NCBI RefSeq assembly: GCF_009734345.1
Contig: NZ_CP032551.1
Span: forward strand, 480,001-512,000
Reading direction: 5' to 3'
DNA from: Pseudidiomarina andamanensis
GTDB taxonomy: Bacteria; Pseudomonadota; Gammaproteobacteria; Enterobacterales; Alteromonadaceae
DNA length: 32,000 nt
A program made the translations under genes and the position numbers. Below the pieces are notes generated by a model. It had not been told where the DNA came from and made no database searches. It saw only the letters and a list, made by a program, of their open reading frames with translations. This document shows, in pieces, positions 26,063 through 32,000 of the stretch (position 1 is its first letter; each line of letters begins with the position of its first letter).

Positions 26063-28252
26063 GTGGTTTGGGTGCGCAGTACGCATGTTGATAAGCCGCA
26101 TCAACATGGCGATTGGCTAGCAGAATTAGATTCGGACGAACGCTGTACGCAGCTGCGTGACCATGCTGAGCGCCTGAAGCTTATTTGTGAACGCGCAAAA
26201 CAGCCACAGCTTCTGGTGAAAGGCGAAGAAATGGTTGAGATTTTAATTGGTCTCAACCTCGATCAAGAATCATTAGTCGCCGCTTTATATAGTCCTGCTT
26301 TTGAGGCGCAACTGATAGATTTAGAAGAAGCGTTAGCGTGGGGCGGCAAAAGCCTACCGGTGTTGCTTGAAGCCGTGCAACAAATGCAGACCATCAGTGC
26401 GCTGCAACACTTTCAACATGGCAAACCAAGTCTCGTACAAATCGATAATGTGCGTCGCATGTTGTTAGCGATGGTCACCGATGTTCGTGCGGTATTAATT
26501 AAGCTTGCGGAGCGCATCTGCTTTTTACGTGAAGTGAAAACGCTGGACGAAGAAACGCGTGTTCTTGCCGCCAAAGAGTGTAATGAAATTTATGCACCGT
26601 TAGCCAATCGCCTTGGTATTGGCCAGTTGAAATGGGAACTTGAAGATCTCGCCTTTCGCTATTTACATCCAACCACTTATAAAACCATTGCCGCGCAGCT
26701 CCATGAGCGGCGTATTGACCGCGAAACCTATATCAACGATTTTCTGCAGGCATTGCAGCAAGCTTTAGACGACGAAGGCGTGCAGGCAACGGTTTATGGC
26801 CGACCGAAGCATATCTATTCCATTTGGCGCAAGATGCAGAAGAAGCATCTAAACTTCGACCAGTTATACGATATTCGCGCTGTGCGCATTATCACTGACT
26901 CATTGAAAGACTGTTACGCAGCGCTAGGCGTTGTGCACAGCTTATGGCGTCATATTGCATCTGAGTTTGATGATTATATTGCCACCCCCAAGGCCAATGG
27001 TTACCAGTCGATTCATACCGTGGTGTTAGGCCCACAAGACAAACATGTTGAAATTCAAATACGCACTCAGGCCATGCATGATGATGCCGAATTAGGTGTT
27101 GCGGCGCATTGGATGTACAAAGAGGGCGGTGCTGCCGGAAAAGGTTCAGGCTTCGAAGAAAAAATCGCTTGGCTACGTAAATTGCTAGCATGGCATGATG
27201 ATATGGCCGGCAATGACGGACTTGTTGATGAAATTCGCTCGCAAGTATTTGAAGACCGTGTCTATGTCTTCACGCCCAAAGGTGAGGTGATTGACTTACC
27301 GGCTGGTGCAACACCGTTAGATTTTGCTTATTACATTCATTCGCAGGTGGGGCACCGCTGTGTAGGTGCTAAAGTTGATGGTCACATTGTGCCGTTTACC
27401 TATCATTTGAAGAATGGTGAACGCGTAGAAATTCTCACGCAAAAAAATGCGCAACCTCGACGAGATTGGCTCAATCCAGCGAATGGCTATTTACAAACAT
27501 CACGGGCACGCAGCAAAGTTGTCACCTATTTCAAAAAACTCGACCGTGATAAGAACCTGAAGACCGGCAAAGAGTTACTTGAAGCTGAGTTAGCGAAACA
27601 TCATGTGCCGTTGGCGCAGGCCGAAAGCGTATTAGAACGATTTAACATGGTACATCTAGACGATTTACTTGCGGCGATTGGTGCTGGTGACGTACGGCTG
27701 CAACAGGTTGTGAATCAGTTGCGCCCTGAATCTGATAGTGCTGCGGAGCGCATCGAGCGCTTAACAGCACGTAAGAGCAAACCAACCCGTAGCGGCAAAC
27801 AAAGTGATGTCACCGTTGAGGGAATTGGTAACTTATTGGTGCAATTTGCGAAGTGCTGCCAGCCAGTTCCTGGCGATACTATTTTAGGCTTTGTCACCCA
27901 GGGCCGTGGTGTCTCGGTACACCGCACTGATTGCGAGCAACTTAAACACTTACTTGAGCTCCATCCAGAGCGTGCTTTAGAAGTGAGTTGGAGCCAAGCA
28001 AAACACTGTAACTATCGAGTGAATCTTCGAATAGACGCGGATGATCGCCAAGGTTTATTGCACGACATCACCAGTGTGCTTGCGAATGAAAAAGTCAACG
28101 TGGCACAACTTGATTCGCGTTTAGATACTGCGACTCGCCAAGCATTAGTAACAGTGGGAATTATTGTTGCTGACGCAGACGATGTACAACGACTACTCAG
28201 CAGAATTAGTCAGTTAAAAGGAATTCACAACGTGGTGAGGGTCACGCAATGA
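26063..28252 (+). CDS. relA: GTP pyrophosphokinase RelA ((p)ppGpp synthetase I)
   Basis: 729 aa with a GTG start (MVWVRSTHV vs E. coli MVAVRSAHI). The synthetase core reads GRPKHIYSIWRKMQKK and GYQSIHTVV. TGS (VYVFTPKGEVIDLPAGATPLDFAY), CCQPVPGD and C-terminal ACT regions are present. Confidence 0.95.
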   Translation: MVWVRSTHVDKPHQHGDWLAELDSDERCTQLRDHAERLKLICERAKQPQLLVKGEEMVEILIGLNLDQESLVAALYSPAFEAQLIDLEEALAWGGKSLPVLLEAVQQMQTISALQHFQHGKPSLVQIDNVRRMLLAMVTDVRAVLIKLAERICFLREVKTLDEETRVLAAKECNEIYAPLANRLGIGQLKWELEDLAFRYLHPTTYKTIAAQLHERRIDRETYINDFLQALQQALDDEGVQATVYGRPKHIYSIWRKMQKKHLNFDQLYDIRAVRIITDSLKDCYAALGVVHSLWRHIASEFDDYIATPKANGYQSIHTVVLGPQDKHVEIQIRTQAMHDDAELGVAAHWMYKEGGAAGKGSGFEEKIAWLRKLLAWHDDMAGNDGLVDEIRSQVFEDRVYVFTPKGEVIDLPAGATPLDFAYYIHSQVGHRCVGAKVDGHIVPFTYHLKNGERVEILTQKNAQPRRDWLNPANGYLQTSRARSKVVTYFKKLDRDKNLKTGKELLEAELAKHHVPLAQAESVLERFNMVHLDDLLAAIGAGDVRLQQVVNQLRPESDSAAERIERLTARKSKPTRSGKQSDVTVEGIGNLLVQFAKCCQPVPGDTILGFVTQGRGVSVHRTDCEQLKHLLELHPERALEVSWSQAKHCNYRVNLRIDADDRQGLLHDITSVLANEKVNVAQLDSRLDTATRQALVTVGIIVADADDVQRLLSRISQLKGIHNVVRVTQ

Positions 28253-29064
28253 CGACGAAAGTAGATGAGAAAGAAAACTTTCAAGGTGTTGCCGCGTTAT
28301 TAGAGGTAATGCGACGTTTGCGAGACCCAAATGGCGGTTGCCCGTGGGATTTGAAACAATCGATGACCACGCTCATTCCTTACACCATTGAAGAAGCCTA
28401 TGAAGTTGCGGCGGCGATTACCGAAGGTAATTTAGCAGACATTAAAGACGAGTTAGGCGATTTATTATTTCAAGTTGTTTTCTATACCCAACTGACCGCA
28501 GAAGAAAAACAATTTACTTTTGATGATGTGGCGCAACAAACCGCGGAAAAGCTCATCCGTCGTCATCCTCATGTATTTGGTGACAGCAATACGCAAACCG
28601 ATGAGGAAATTAAAGCTCAGTGGGAACAGATAAAAGCAGAGGAACGCGCTAAAAAAGGTCAAGAAGATAGTGTTTTTAACGGCATTCCTTATAATTTACC
28701 GAGTATTTTACTAGCGCTTAAGTTGCAGAAACGGGCGGCAAATGTTGGTTTCGATTGGCCAACAATAAAGCCTGTTCTTGATAAAATTCGAGAAGAAATA
28801 GCCGAAGTTGAAGAAGAGCTGGCTCGTAGCCAGCGTGACCAGCAGGCGTTGGAAGCGGAAATAGGTGATGTATTGTTTGCCGTCGTAAATTTAGCACGCC
28901 ATGCCCAAGTCAATCCGGAACATGCATTGCGTCGCACTAACTTGAAATTTAAACAGCGCTTCCAGGCAATTGAAAAGCGATTAAGCGAGCTCGATAAGAA
29001 TCCAGAAGAGCTTAGTTTGGATGAACTTGAGCGTCATTGGCAAGCGGTGAAGCGTAGTGGGTGA
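28249..29064 (+). CDS. mazG: nucleoside triphosphate pyrophosphohydrolase MazG
   Basis: 271 aa with tandem MazG domains (CPWDLKQSMTTLIPYTIEEAYEVAAAI; EIAEVEEEL...EIGDVLFAVVNLARH). The ATG overlaps the relA TGA (ATGA). Confidence 0.93.
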   Translation: MTTKVDEKENFQGVAALLEVMRRLRDPNGGCPWDLKQSMTTLIPYTIEEAYEVAAAITEGNLADIKDELGDLLFQVVFYTQLTAEEKQFTFDDVAQQTAEKLIRRHPHVFGDSNTQTDEEIKAQWEQIKAEERAKKGQEDSVFNGIPYNLPSILLALKLQKRAANVGFDWPTIKPVLDKIREEIAEVEEELARSQRDQQALEAEIGDVLFAVVNLARHAQVNPEHALRRTNLKFKQRFQAIEKRLSELDKNPEELSLDELERHWQAVKRSG

Positions 29065-29096
29065 TTTGTTAATGATACTGGCGATGCGATTTTAAA

Positions 29097-29125
29097 TTGT
29101 CGACAAGCGAAGCTTCGGGTATACT
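29097..29125 (+). promoter_or_regulatory. candidate sigma70 promoter for pyrG-eno
   Basis: TTGTCG (29097-29102), a 17-nt spacer, then TATACT (29120-29125), lying ~50 nt upstream of the pyrG ATG. Confidence 0.3.
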
Positions 29126-29161
29126 GTTTTCCCGTCTTGAAGCAAATCCCTTTTAACCTGA

Positions 29162-30814
<1,653 letters not shown>

Positions 30815-30839
30815 GCGTCGCGTGTATTAACAGGAGTAG

Positions 30840-32000
<1,161 letters not shown>

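Noticed and set aside
28249-29064. mazG downstream of relA, which could indicate a mazEF toxin-antitoxin locus as in E. coli.
   Set aside because: The relA stop and mazG start overlap (ATGA at 28249-28252). There is no room for mazE or mazF, and no small ORFs resembling them are present.
29108-29117. A 10-bp palindrome cgaagcttcg inside the putative pyrG promoter spacer.
   Set aside because: It is short, single-copy and contains a HindIII-type hexamer palindrome. This is not enough to call an operator.

Overview
This is a gene-dense stretch of core gammaproteobacterial chromosome with 31 CDS (two cut by the window edges) and one tRNA-Tyr. Most products align readily, from memory, to E. coli K-12 orthologues. 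By eye the GC content is mid to upper 40s percent, which fits a marine Alteromonadales-like organism, but the taxon cannot be fixed from this window. The window joins blocks that are syntenic in E. coli: xerD-dsbC-recJ-prfB-lysS; ygfZ / sdhE-ygfX; nadB / rpoE-rseABC-lepAB-rnc-era-recO-pdxJ; and rlmD-relA-mazG-pyrG-eno. I found no CRISPR array, transposase, phage gene, restriction or defence-like gene, or island boundary, and no convincing evidence for a wholly new system. The only accessory-looking segment is 7.7-11.1 kb on the minus strand. There a trkH K+ transporter gene is fused into an apparent operon with a KdpE-like response regulator and a minimal KdpD-like kinase that lacks the whole N-terminal sensor half. 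No kdpFABC is present. The segment is preceded by a KdpE-box-like direct repeat and an 11-bp inverted repeat bracketing a putative -10. It is followed by an unusual 95-nt compound palindrome around the lysS terminator, and it looks more AT-rich than its flanks. Secondary oddities are a YgfX/CptA-like ORF that has lost its transmembrane hairpin and overlaps nadB tail-to-tail by 57 bp, and a 50-codon ORF filling the nadB-rpoE spacer that resembles E. coli rseD in position. The textbook prfB +1 frameshift site is also present. All functional calls rest on by-eye similarity and motifs; no database search was possible.
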